From the NCBI GenBank assembly GCA_028023455.1, contig JAQFVV010000002.1, positions 31,992,001-32,056,000 on the forward strand: 64,000 bases of DNA, written 5' to 3'. Position 1 is the stretch's first letter. Every line of letters starts with the position of its first letter. Origin of the DNA: Epiperipatus broadwayi. Its lineage: Eukaryota > Animalia > Onychophora. The translations under genes and the position numbers were made by a program. The notes beneath the pieces are model-generated. The model saw only the letters and a list, made by a program, of their open reading frames with translations, did not search any database and was not told the origin of the DNA. Shown piece by piece: positions 14,267 through 27,448 of the stretch.

Positions 14267-14916
14267 CATCATCATTATCAACCATTATCAATCCACTGCA
14301 GGATGAAGGTCTCTCCAAGTTTAATCCATCTTCTCCGATCTTTAGCTTCTCTTCTCCACATCACCCCTACACATTTTCTTATTTCATCCATCCATCTTAC
14401 ATGTGGTCTCCTTCTGGGTCTTTTACAATCTCTTGGAATCCAGTTTAAAATTTCAATTGTCCATCTATTATCATCTCTTCTAGCAATATGTCCAGCCCAA
14501 CTCCACTTCAATCTTTTAATTTTTTCAATGAGGTCAGTAACACCTGTTTGTTCTCTTACCCATACATTGCGTTTTCGATCTCTTCTTGTTACTCCCAACA
14601 TATATCTCTCCATACTTCTTTTGAGTGGTCTGAAGTCTCTGTATTGATCTTCTATTAAGTGTCCAAGTCTCAGATCCATAAGTAAGAACTGGTAAAACAC
14701 ATTTGTTAAAAACCTTTCTTTTCAAACACATAGGCATATTTCCTTTTAATATCAAGTTATTTCTACCAAAAGCACTCCAACCAAGTTTAATTCTATGATT
14801 AATTTCCTCTATTATGTTTCCATCTGTATTAATAATCTGACCAAGGTATTTGTAACTCTTAACTTCTTCTAATTCATCATAATCAATCTTCATTTATTAC
14901 TTTATAATATTATAAT
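14267..14916 (-). mobile_element. 5'-truncated RTE-clade LINE (RT C-terminus), (TGA)n-like tail, 13-bp TSD
   Basis: YKYLG...RIKLGWSAF...VLPVLTYGSETW and WSWAGHIARR motifs, one frameshift; ATTGGTATATATT at 14254-14266 and 14917-14929. Confidence 0.93.
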
Positions 14917-15180
14917 ATTGGTATATATTATAAAGTAATAAATGAAAATTTTAGGAAATGGGTTTACACATATAAATATATAAAAAAAAAACTTGAAAGA
15001 AAAAGGTATAACTTTAACAGAAATGGATTTAAAAGATTAAGGATTTGTATTAAAAGGATTAAACAGAACAGATGATGGTGAAAAAGGAGAAATGTATTAT
15101 TACAAAAATTACAATATATTAAATGTAGATATCCTTTTAGATGTAAAATATAAATATATGCTAGAAATGATATATACCAC

Positions 15181-15288
15181 AGAGGCAAAACTCTCCATAC
15201 AGTAATGCCACTCAGTGCAAGACAGAGTTATCAATGAATGCCGGAAGGTTTGTGCATAAAATCCCTATCTAGTGCCTAATCATCTATA
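15181..15288 (-). repeat. Family A 3' fragment without core (similar fragment at about 3790-3907; degenerate core at about 17926-17970 +)
   Basis: Shared ggcaaaactctccatacagtaatgccactcagtgcaag...aaaatccc.atctagtgc. Confidence 0.75.
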
Positions 15289-15397
15289 CAAAAGCAACAA
15301 AAAAAATGCAGACACAAAAATTCAGAAAATGTTTCTGTATTTCACATATGCACAACACACGGCATATTGAAATATGAAGATTCATATATGATACATC

Positions 15398-15516
15398 GTC
15401 TTGCACTGGTGGTCGAGAGATCAGCGCGACTGCCTTGCGCTTGCAGGCAGTTGCCTGGGTTGCGGGTTCACGTCCCGGCCGATGCTATGACACTTTAAAA
15501 AAAATAAAAGAATAAA
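15398..15516 (+). mobile_element. tRNA-derived SINE, full length, 14-bp TSD
   Basis: A-box-like TGGTGGTCGAG, B-box-like GGTTCACGTCCC, A-rich tail; ATATATGATACATC at 15384-15397 and 15517-15530. Confidence 0.88.
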
Positions 15517-18211
15517 ATATATGATACATCTATGTCCATCCATTACCAAGTGTTCACTCTGTAAGTACTTTCCAAATTACTCGTAATAGCCCTGCTTGGG
15601 TATTCTTCTTAAAAAAATTTCTTTAGGACAAAGATTGATAATTTAACATAAGCTAAACTTTGATTATTAAAATCACTTCAGTTATTTAATATCTTTTAGG
15701 AAGAAAAAAATATTTAAGAAATCAAACTGATTTTTCTTTTATCTTGAATATTTAAACCCTATTATGACGAAACTCTAAAACTAAATCAAGCATTCTAAAT
15801 TTAAGTATTAAATATGTATTAAATAATTACCTAAAAATATATAAATGAAATTATAAATTGTCCAGTAAATTGGCTTATGATTGATAAAATTTTAAAAGTT
15901 TGTAAAATTATTCATAATGTCAATAAATTAGTTATCTTAAAATCCGACATTCAGCTGACAGGAAATTGTTTCTCTATACAGGTAGAATTATATTTGTCAA
16001 AAATGATCGGTAGAAAAATACATTAAGTACTATATAATTAATAGTACCGTTTATTAAAAACATTAATGTCAATAATATTGTTTACTTATACTTCATTACT
16101 TTATAATTCAATACATTCAATGTGTCTACAATGGACAAACAAAAGTCTATCTGGCTGATGATCTTAATTAGGGTCTATATTATGAGCACCCGTCGAGGAA
16201 ACACGGCATTAAAAAAAAAAAGTAGTATAAAATTGTAGAATAAGTAAATCTAAACAAGTCACAGCCATCATATATATATATAAAACAAAATTATATAAAA
16301 AGCTAAAGCAATCTTCAAAGAATTTATTATAGTCATAGATCTCTTCAACAGTTATGGTGATGAAATTTATCCATTTCATTCTTTGCATAGATGACTAGAT
16401 ATTTTTGGAAGTTTTATAAATGAACTATTAGCAAGGATGGCCAACCTATGATATACGCACCAACTATAGTGCATTGAAAGATTAATTTTGGTGCATTAAA
16501 CTTAATTATAAAAATAATAAAACTTTAGATCTTGTAAAGTAACACTACAATCATAAAAACAATTTTTATAAACACTCAAAAAAAAAATTTATAACAAAAA
16601 TCCAAATTCTGTGAGTTGAATTAAAATCTACATTCTTTCTGTAAGTAGACATTTCACATTTATCTAGTTTTGAGTAGTAATTCAAACCGGATGCGTATTC
16701 GTCCTTTACGAGACTTACAATTTAATTTTTTACGAAAACTTTCGACAAACAAAATTGACAAAAACAAAATGAGATCATGTCTGACTGATTCCAATTTGAA
16801 AAATAACCTGCTTAAGTCTAAATGTTAGCTTGTCAAAACAAAACAAACTTGCTAAAGTAAATAATTTTTAAATTTAATGCATTTTTCATAATATAACAAC
16901 ATATGAAGAATTTCTTTTCCTATATTTTTATATTATAAAAAAATATTAAATATTGTTTATAACATACTGCATTTTATATGAAAATTGAATAGTCGCACAA
17001 AAAGTGTATGACAAATAAACTCCTAGTTGAAAAAATTAGAGCATGAATTGTATGACATTTGTGCCTCTGGGCTAAAGTATTTAATGTTAGTAAGTATAAT
17101 TCTATATGTTCCGTACATAATAAATAATAAGAAAAAAAAAGCATTTGGTAAAAAATTAAAAGTTGGTTACATCCAAAAAGATTTTAATGGAAACAAAGAA
17201 TTCATTAAAAGTTTTATAAACAAAAAACAAACTTACAGTCCTAGTAATTTATTACAAAGCTCTACACGTTTTACATGGAGAATGGGTGTATATGTATCCT
17301 ACACATGAACTCTGAAAAAAGTAAAAACTAATTTTTTGATAGCTCATAATAATGTGAGACAAAGAGAGGGAGAACACTTATAAATTTAAGATATTAAAGA
17401 AAATCAGCTATTGTGAAAAAGAATCAAATTGATAGTAGACCACATTATTAGGCATTCAAATGGCATAAAATGTGTTTAAGAGTAAAATGAATAAAAAAAT
17501 TTAAAAGATTAACAAAAAAAATCTTGGATCATATTAAAGTAGGAAAAATAATTGAGATAATCAAAATCTTGCTTCTGGAAAGAATACCAATCTAATTTAA
17601 TCTTGTTTCCCCTATCTTGAGTCAAAAAAAGATACGATATAAATTAATGAAAATACATCTGTTTTAAAAACATTAAAATCATTCAATTTGTGCTAAATTT
17701 ATCAATATTAAACATTTCTGCTTAATTACTCACAGGTGCACATCACACACATCCGGACACATGAAAAACATTTGTATAAAACCAATAAGACATCAATCAC
17801 ATGACCCCAGCTAACATAATGCTATTCTGTAGCAAATTCTTTTTTTCACTACAATTGTGCCGCTTAGTGTAAGCTTTAATAATTAATAGTCAGATGATAG
17901 ACTTTAATAAATCCTTGCCCAGCGCTCCTCATTGATGGAAGACATAGGTTAGAATCTAATCTGGGAATACTGCATAGGATAGAATTGGATAGGGATTTAT
18001 TAAGCACAACCATCTGCCATTTATTGGTTACTAAAATTTACACTAGGTGGCAGAACCATGGGGAGAGAGAAAGAAATTGCTACTGAAAAAAATTTGTAGA
18101 AAAGTAAAAATTGATTGGTTAACTCCGCAATGATTTTTAAACTAATTATTGCATAATTCTTTTATAAAAACTCACAAAAGAACCATATGTTGTATATACA
18201 TATATTTTTAT

Positions 18212-18332
18212 TTACATTTCGTCATCAACTATTCCATAATCTTCTTCAGGAAAATCCCCTATGACAACTTGTTGGGGTTTTACAAATCCTCCATAATTCT
18301 TTTCACATTCAAAATATCTTTTACCATTAACA
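18212..18332 (-). CDS. TBCB: TBCB exon 6 (terminal), [39 protein letters not shown]
   Basis: Pyrimidine tract plus AG, phase 2 matches exon 5, TAA at 18212-18214. Exons total 744 nt = 247 aa plus stop; typical TBCB acidic C-terminus. Confidence 0.98.
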
Positions 18333-18999
18333 CTAAGAAAGAAAAAAAAAATTGAAAAGAGGTATATAATATCAGAAATTAATTACTAATATCTATGTAT
18401 GTCTGCCTATGCATACATATATGTATATATATGTCTGTCCATATATCTTATGCACTTACATGATTAGATAATCATGAATAGCAAATATATTTATTCATTT
18501 CATCATGACAACTCTATAATTTCAAAGATTAGAGGTACAAATTTGAAAGAAAACAATAATGGTAATGTAGTAAACATAAGTTATTGTGAAAATTTAAAAA
18601 CATAATGTGATTTGATTCACCATGCGCTGTGAAAAAAAGACTGTAAGATAAGAAAAACTAATAGATAATTTTAAAAAGATGATAGTTATAAAGTATTTGA
18701 AGAAAAAAAAACATATAGAGACTTGAAGAAATGCATTTGGAATGATATATTAAAGATGATAGCAAATCATATTGTTGAAAGATCTGATATAAATTGACCT
18801 GTGAAAAGTCTTTAGATTATGAAAAATCTCTCTCAATTTAAGTACAAAAAACTGTTTGCTAATGTAACCGTAATAATTATATTGCATCCTAATATGTATA
18901 TTTATTCAAATTATATTCGACATCTGATATTGTTCAACATTATACTCGATAACTGATATTTACACTATGTTCTAGTCAATATATGATATTTGCCGTTAG

Positions 19000-20100
19000 A
19001 TTCTTAAAAAGAATGACAAAAGACATAAAGTAAATATCCAGTATTCTAACTAACTCACAAATGTACTCAAACCCAGTCAAGCCCGAGATTTAGGTCAGGG
19101 ACCAGCCTGATTCAACCCACTCTCCAACACCAGATCTAACACCCAATGGATAACATAACAATGGTAGCCACGAGATTTAATTCTTCATCCCCCACTAGCA
19201 AATCGGAGAAAACAATAAGACTCATGGACTTAAACATATATATAAACAACTTAAATACTAGACATTCCACAGATAAAATCTAACATATTTAAATAATAGG
19301 GGCTTTACTAATGAATACTTATGGGCAATTAGTGAATTGGATTGATTTAATAATGAGACAGAAACGGATATATGATGAATTAAAATATATTTATTGACAA
19401 TTGTTGTTGCAAATGCACACAGGCATTTCATTTATAAAGTAACATTCTCTAGACTATTTGCCAATATCAATTATTGTTCAAATAGTCTAGATATGATTCA
19501 ATGGAGCCAAATATCCTGCTATACAACTAATCACTACATTAACTTATTTGTTATGTCCTTTTATAATCAGTTCGAGTGCTCTTTTACGTAAAATCAAACC
19601 AAGTCTGGAGTGAAACTTAATACATCTGACTATAATCAATTTATATATTAACTATGGGCTTATAAAGCATCCCAGATAGCTTAAGATCGAACTTTTCAAG
19701 AATGCTTCGTTCAATGCCATGCATATTAGGGAGGAAGAGTTGGCTATAACGATTTTACTAATATGCTAGGCACAAGTAAAGTATAATAATACAGTGGCTC
19801 TGCGGATGGAAGAATAGTTTTAGGGTTTTTGTGACAAACAACGGTTTACCCAATAACCGTCGTCATGCTGCTAATGGGGAACCTTTATTTGGTTCAGAGG
19901 CGGGGTTGTGCATTGGCCCTAGCTCAGACTTCGCTTGCACTACCCATAAGAGAAGATGGGCTACTTACCGTGCTCCCTTATATATATATCAAAAAGAAAG
20001 CACAACGGAATATAATAAACAACCGCAAGCCAAGATTTATAAATTAAAGATCATATATTAAATGAACATAGAACAGCTGATCAAAAGAGCATTTGTAGCA
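19000..20100 (+). mobile_element. Highly degraded L1/Tx1-like LINE RT fragments
   Basis: RQGD-like motif near 19095; LALPIREDGL near 19935-19965 resembles L.LP..EGGLG. Confidence 0.4.
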
Positions 20101-21920
20101 GAGAAATAGATAGCTAAGAGACATTCTTTACCAATCTCTTTAGTTATCTATAACTACTAAACTTTTAAAAGGGGGAAAGTAATTAATAGGGGACTACAAT
20201 ACTTAACTAAAAAATATACTTTGATCCCCAGGCTAGTTTAATCTTTAGTAACATAATAAATAAAGTTGAAAAGCACTTTATATTTATATTAATTAATTTA
20301 CTAAAGCAAAAATTGAATTTGTCAAACAGCACCAATAAAAAAAACGGATTTAAATGATATCTTTTTAAAAACTATAATAACATTCAAACAAGGCACAAAA
20401 AAAAAACAAAGAAACAAAAACGGATAAAATATACAATAATAACAAAGAAATTTAGCAAAAATATTTATTTATAGATTCAAATACGATTAGACGATTACAA
20501 TATTGAATTAATAAAGAAATTCAAAAGTATTATTTTAGAGATTTACAATATTATTTGGAAAATAATTTAGAAAGAAATACAATAATAGGTTAGCTAACCT
20601 GATTTGAAGAAATAATGATGTTGTTGAAATTCACACAGATGCATTTAAATAATATTAAAACAGCCCTTGCTGAACTGGAAACACTGGACAGTTTTGCTTA
20701 GCTGTTCTTATTCGTTGCAGCGTTTAAAATGGGTTGGAACGACTTTGCCTGACCTTTATTTGGTGTTGTGCTTCCTTTTGGTATCCCCGTGCACTCTTGC
20801 CTGACTTTAGCCAGACTGAAAATTAAACATTTGACTTCTGATTAACAGCTCAACGCAGGGCACTTCCCGCTAAAATAGGCCTATCCATTCCACTAAACCT
20901 AACCCTTTTGGAATTTGTGCCGGACCATGACTTTTAATTAAAAAAATATATAACCAATTTCGCAACGAGCTCCATGTACTTAATCTTAAAATTATTAAAA
21001 ATATAAATTATATAATTTGATTCGTTTCATTAATTAAATTCCTTTTTAGGTGTTATGAAGTTAAGCCTGCAGAGAGACTGATTTAAGAAGCTTTTGCAAA
21101 CAAAAACAACAGTAAACTAGATTTACTTTTTACCCGGGCGCCATGATTTCTTGTTTACCAAAATTCTCATTTTTAATTATAAACGATTTTTATTTTACGA
21201 AATAAATAACTTTTAACATATTTGTTTTACCAAATTATTTGTTTAAAAAAAGCAAATTTAAAGAAAAACTTTAGTTTCAATTATATATGTAAAACATTAA
21301 ACAGAAAGCCGTTAAATATATTTTAAAGAAAACATTTTACATTATAGTAATCTTTTTATTTTAACTTAAATATATATAAAATCATTTTGCCGCTATTCCA
21401 AGGTTTAAATTATCCATCCACATACGAATATTATAGCAATATAATTAAAAATTGACTGAAAATTTATAAAACATTTTATAATAATTTATGAGCTTCTCCC
21501 TATAATTTTATCAAACCTGTCTAATTATAGGGTTCGTAAGTAAAGAGAGCCTTCAGCCCTTGTGCAACCCCCGCTAAAAACTTTACAAGACCCATTTAAG
21601 AAGGTTCAAACTGTCAGCGGGGCATAGGTTGATGGTGAAACGGGTCGACTAAAAGAAACACAACATAAAAAGATTGTACAATTCTACAAAAATTCTTAGT
21701 ACATTAAAATGAAACATAATACTGTATGCCTTAGGAGACAATACAGAATTTGCATTCTTAAGGGTCTTCTACATTTGAATATAGTATTACTGTCTACTAT
21801 TCAAGGATTAAACAAATGAAATTCTAAATTCACAAAGTTGCTTCTAAATGAAGTTTGAAAAAGACTAAAATATATGTAATTAATTATTTATTTATCTAAT
21901 GCCATGTTTTTTTATTTGTA

Positions 21921-22011
21921 AGGGAATCACCCTGACACATGCGCTATATCCTGTGTTTATAAATTTCCTCAGTGCTATAAATTCATACGGTACGTGTCAG
22001 GGTGATTCCCT
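21921..22011. mobile_element. 91-bp TA-flanked MITE
   Basis: 18-bp perfect TIR AGGGAATCACCCTGACAC; TA at 21919-21920 and 22012-22013. Confidence 0.8.
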
Positions 22012-22472
22012 TATGGCTATTACAAAAGACTGTTAAATATGTGAAAACAATTTAGAAGTTAGTTAAATTACAATGAAATATATATAATCAGCATATCTTC
22101 CTTATGATTAAGTCCAAGGTTAATTTTAAAAAGTCAGATGATGGTTAATTAATAAAAAATATTATGACCACTATTTACATCTAATGCTCAAGTTTTGAAA
22201 TTAATTCTACGACATTATCATGAGGACTACAAAAATTACGTGCATTAACGTAGCCAGAAACATCTCTAGACACAGTAGTGTTGATTAGAGGGAACAAACA
22301 TTAGACTACTCAGAAGAAAGACCAAAATATGGGAATGCCTTACAAATAATGAATGCATAATTTCAGGATAATAGATAATAATATAAATTTTGCATAGAAT
22401 ACAAATATTATTTAATAGTAAGGAAACCAAGCCATAGATCATATGACTTAATTAGCTTGTATTTACAAATGT

Positions 22473-22862
22473 AATATAATGAGCATGCTAATAGTGCCAA
22501 ACAAGTTTTTTGATAAATGTCGCAAGAGAAAGCATTTAAAATCTCTATCTAGAATTATACCTATCCCCAAAACTGCTTTCTAAAATACAAATCCAGAAAT
22601 TATCGAATTAAGTAGAAAATCTGAAATTTTCGGACACCTATATGTCTTCAAATCCAGCCAGCTAACTTAAATAGCCATATGGGACTGAACTAGTTTGTAT
22701 TTTAGATCTAGTATCTAAATGTCCTAGCACCTCACTGATGAAAGCCATTAGCTCGAAACCGGTTTGGGGATAGGGATAATTCTAGATAGAGATTTTAAAT
22801 GCTTTCTCTTGTGGCATTTATTGAAAAGCTTGTTTAGAGGTATTAGCACGCTCATTATATTA
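22473..22862. mobile_element. Family B palindrome with HHR core at 22730-22769 (+)
   Basis: CCTCA CTGATGA A AGC-CATTA-GCT C GAAAC CG GTT TGGGG; stem III palindrome ACCGGT; arms about 22473-22570 and 22763-22862. Confidence 0.87.
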
Positions 22863-23087
22863 AATATTATTTAAATATCTCTACTAGCTATCATCCGAAA
22901 ACTACTAGATTGTGTAGAAAGAAATACAAAAATTATTTTCTATAAAAGAAAAGTAGATAAACTTATGAATTAGAAAGAGAGGGGGTTTGTAGTGATCTAA
23001 TGAGACAGAAAGTTATAATAATCTGGCATTACATTTAACGCATATACAAGCAGTTATATATATAAAAAAAGGGGAAACAGTACAAAC

Positions 23088-23160
23088 CTGCCATCATTTT
23101 TTCCTAATGGTTCATCATATTTGACACCAATCCAAATTCCATCTTTGAAACCTGTAGTCC
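23088..23160 (-). CDS. TBCB: TBCB exon 5, [24 protein letters not shown]
   Basis: GTAG acceptor, GT donor, 73 nt, phase 1/2; CAP-Gly signature GKNDG. Confidence 0.98.
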
Positions 23161-24260
23161 CTACATTTTAAAATAAAAATACTTCAAACAAAACAAAATA
23201 CATATATACAAATATTTGTATCTATATACATATATTGTCAATTATATTCTTATTCCAGTGCATTTGTCACCTCGGTTCAATCCTATCACAATCATCCATT
23301 AGTCTAGAAGTCAGATCAACCTCTCACACTATAGATACATTAGAATCATATACTCTTTCAAGCAATCCGTATAGAACATGTTGCAATTTAACATCATATA
23401 CACTTTTTTTTTGAGAGATACTTAAGCTTAACTTCATATAATTTATATTTAAATATTTTTCAAACTTCTATTCCCGTAATACATTGCTGAAACTTATCAA
23501 GGACATAAAAATAAAAAAATGATCCCCCAGATTGACAATTCATGCTGAACCAGCACTCACAACTTGGCCCACATCATAATCTTTTACATATATCTTCATC
23601 ATGTGTTCAATATATATGCATAGCAAATTACTATAGATTAATTGACAAGTTTCAAATTTTCTGTACGCACAACTTTGACACAAGTCACTTTATGGAAATA
23701 TATTAATAAATTTTACTAGACATTTATTAAACTGGATATTATCCCTAGCCGGAATATTTAATGAATAATATATATATATAAATATTGCCCATAAATAAAC
23801 CATGGCTTGTCATATATACATAATTCTGATAATATAAACTTAATCACAGACCAACAAAAGCTGAAAATGCCATATGATAATTCACAGATCAAATTCCCAA
23901 ACAATCACTTAAATGAACTTATGAATAATAACCATCTTTTATATCAATTTATTTATCTGACATCGATACAAGAAAGAGATGTTAATTGCAAATTCATTTA
24001 AATGATACTTTTGAAATCTGACTTACGAATGATCATAGAAACACTTTTGGGCTTGGTCATTCCATAAATTGGTTTTAAATATTACGTCTTATTTTTCCTA
24101 TAGCAAACTGTGTTCCACAGCTCAAATTACAAGCAATACCCTCTACATGCACCCAATAATAATTACCATTTTTAAAGAAATAGGTTCATCATTATAAATA
24201 ATCATTTATTAGGCTAATCATTATGTAATTTATAGCCCAGATACAGATTTTTAAATCATA

Positions 24261-24631
24261 TAGTGCCTACTTGTCCAATATCCCCAGATTAGTTTCTTGG
24301 CTTGTGGCCTTCGTCAGTGAGGAGCCTTGGATCTGAGAGCACTGCACCTAGATCTTAGGATCTAATGCAACCCTCCAGCAGCCACCTTTTATCTCCACTC
24401 ATAGTTTTGTGGTTAAGTGGAGATAAAAGGTGGCTGCTGGAGGTTGCATTAGATCCTAAGATCTAGGTGCAGTGCTCTCAGATCCAAGGATCCTCACTGA
24501 CGAAGGCCACAAGCCAGAAACTAATCTGGGGATATTGGATGAGTAGGCACTAGATGGGGATTTTATGCACAAGCCTTCTGGCATCCATTGATTACTCTAG
24601 CTTGCTGTGTGTGGCAATATGTATAGTGAGT
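24261..24631. mobile_element. Family A HHR fold-back palindrome (about 139-bp arms, 16-nt spacer)
   Basis: 24261-24399 is the reverse complement of 24416-24552; cores at 24281-24323 (-) and 24491-24532 (+), both CTGACGA...GAAACTAATC. Confidence 0.9.
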
Positions 24632-26191
24632 CTATCCTCTTTTCTTTACACATATGCAAAATTTTAACTATCCTGTAGATCAGATCAATAATCACCAATA
24701 TATGTGTGTGGTCATGTGTATCAGTGATATGAGATAGTGTGCATAGTTGAAAGATGGTTGAAAGTCTGAGTTCAAATCCCCTATATTTATAATTATGCTC
24801 CAGGTATATGAAGAGTGCCTGCATTTCAAATATTACTATCCTGTATTAGAAAAGTACTATTTAATACATCAGCATTTCAAATAAATGACCAAAATAAAAA
24901 AAAAGAGAGAGATGACACCAAGATGCATTTTGACTGAACTATCTTTGTTATTCGATCATCTCACAATACTCTTTCAAATGCTTTCATTATTGCTCAACAT
25001 TTATCTATCATATACTATCATGATTTAATTGACAACAATTACATTTCCTGCAAGCGTTCAATGATGGTTCCCATCATCATATAAACAATATGAATGATTA
25101 TTAAAAATCATTTTATTAGATAAGATATCATTATATTACTTATATGGTCATCTCTTTCCTTTATACAACATATTTTAAATATCTTACATTTGAAAACAAT
25201 TATTTCACACTTCAAAACAAATGAATAAATTCAATAAAATGAATAAAACCATATCTACACAACAATAAGAAGTGGTAACTGGCTTTTTAATAATAAATTA
25301 ATTCTATATCTGGCTAAAAATAATATAATAATCTCTATCCTAATTAATGGTTAATAATCATTAACGAATTTATATAAAAATGATGACTATCATTCAATGA
25401 ATGCAGTTCGTAAATTGAATCACATCAATGTACGAACATAAATATTCGGAATCCCTGTGCAGTGTTTTTAATTATTGTAGACTTACATATAGGCAAGTTC
25501 CTTTTACGCAGTTTTAAAAACATTAATTATTTGATATTTATATTTAAAAAATAATTTTCGTGAATTTACATTAATTATTTGATATTTATGCTTACAAGAA
25601 CATTTTCATGAACTTAAATAGAGTATTCACCTGAGAACTGCAATAGGTATATAATGTCAGCATTGTTTGTTAGCGTCTATATTGTTGTTTTTATTAATTA
25701 AATAAAGTTTTGAATTAATGTGCAATAGGATCAATTTTAAATTATTTTCATGGACTACACTTTGGAAATTCGAAAGCAATAACCTGTAAAACTCAAAGCA
25801 TGCTACATCTTGAATCTCACTTATTTTAAAATCTTCACATTTATTTCAGAGTGCATGCTTAGAGATCGAAGTTGTTGAATTTTCAAAAATAAAATATAGA
25901 TTACACAAATGTATAAGTGTCGTATTTTTTAGTAAAAACCACCATTCAAAAAATGCATAAATGATTATAAATCATTCTTTTATTACTTCAAAAAATTATT
26001 ATATTTATTTAACCTTAGGCATCGATTTAAAATTTAATATAAAGTTCAAAAAGTATCTATAATATAATTTGTACTGATATATCGCTATCCTGCATTTTAT
26101 TTTTTAAAATCTTTCATTTTTTCTACAAATAGATAACTATCTTAATATTTGCTAATAAAAAAAGTGAATATTTAGTCAATTTACAAGGAGA

Positions 26192-26479
26192 CTAACCTCC
26201 CCATATAGTAGCGCCACTAAATGCAAGCTAGAGTAATCAAAAGATGCAAGAAGGTTTGTGCATAAAATCCCCATCTAATGCTTATGGTCGCCATAGATCC
26301 TAAGATCTAGGTGCCGTGCTTTCAAATCAAGGTTCCTCACTGATGAAAGCCACAAGGTAGAAACCAGTCTAGAGATATTAGATGATTAGACACTAGATGA
26401 GGAATTTATGCACAAACCTTCTTGCATCCATTGATTATTCTGGCTTGCACTTAGTGGCGCTACTGTATGAAGAGTTTAG
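26192..26479. mobile_element. Family A palindrome, asymmetric, one HHR core at 26334-26375 (+)
   Basis: Arms about 26192-26281 and 26390-26479; core CTGATGAAAGCCACAAGGTAGAAACCAGTC is degraded. Confidence 0.85.
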
Positions 26480-27448
26480 CCACTGTGTAAACAGCTTGGT
26501 AAGCATATAGAATGGTGATCATGTGATATAAAGTCAATTTACATAAAGTGCTCAATAAATACAAATGAGAAGGGGTTGACACAAATAAAAGAAAACTGTT
26601 TGGTTGGAACACATTATTAAAACTATTGGCAATGTTTTTTTGAATGTCTGAAATCATAATGTGTGTAATGAGACCTTAATTATATATATATATAGTTAGA
26701 CAAAATAACGGATCATATCACCATTACATATTAAAGAAATCTTTTCTTTTTCAGATAAAACTATAAGAAGGTGATAAGAAGTTTCTGCCAGTAAGTTACC
26801 AGTTTCATAAATAATAAGAAAAAAATGTCATATATTTTCTCTCTAAGAAGCCAAATTGTCAAACATCAGAATCCAAAACACTTTAATATTTCACGACAGA
26901 CACTTTCAAGAAAATTGACTGAATTTGATAAAGATGATAGAATAAAACAATTATAACCAACTGGGGTCAGAAATCAATGCTTTCTAAGAAAGACCAATGG
27001 GCATTACAAAAGATAGTAGTCAAAACAAAAAAATGGCATAAAATAACAGTAGCATGATTCTCTGCAAATATGAAATATATTTGACCATTTCAGAGTCTAT
27101 ACAAACAATTCAGTATAAGTTTTCCATGGAAAACATTTTCGGTCAATGGATAATAATTTCCAGTTAATGGATAACCAGAAACATATCATAGGATCATGTG
27201 AATCATGATTTTCTTTTCACAATTTCTGAAATAATTGATACATAGTAATTGACCAAAAAAAGGTTAGCAAAAATTTTCCCCACCTGTAAAACATAACAGT
27301 GAAAGTGGCATGATTTGGAAACCATACCACGAGTATGCTTTGAATCTAATCATTTCTCTATATGGATGGATTGTAGTTAAAGATTATTTAAATATTTTAT
27401 GGAAGTCAACAGGCTCATCCTCTAAGCACTGAATTTTCAAACCCTGTA

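Noticed and set aside
15398-15516. Functional tRNA gene
   Set aside because: No acceptor stem or 7-nt anticodon loop; A tail, TSDs and diverged copies indicate a SINE
16155-16200. CTGATGA as a hammerhead or C/D snoRNA box
   Set aside because: No GAAA after a stem II and no terminal stem with a D box; isolated heptamers are expected by chance
24261-24552. Cis-dimeric hammerhead formed by the two arms of one palindrome
   Set aside because: The arms are on opposite strands, so one transcript contains only one sense core
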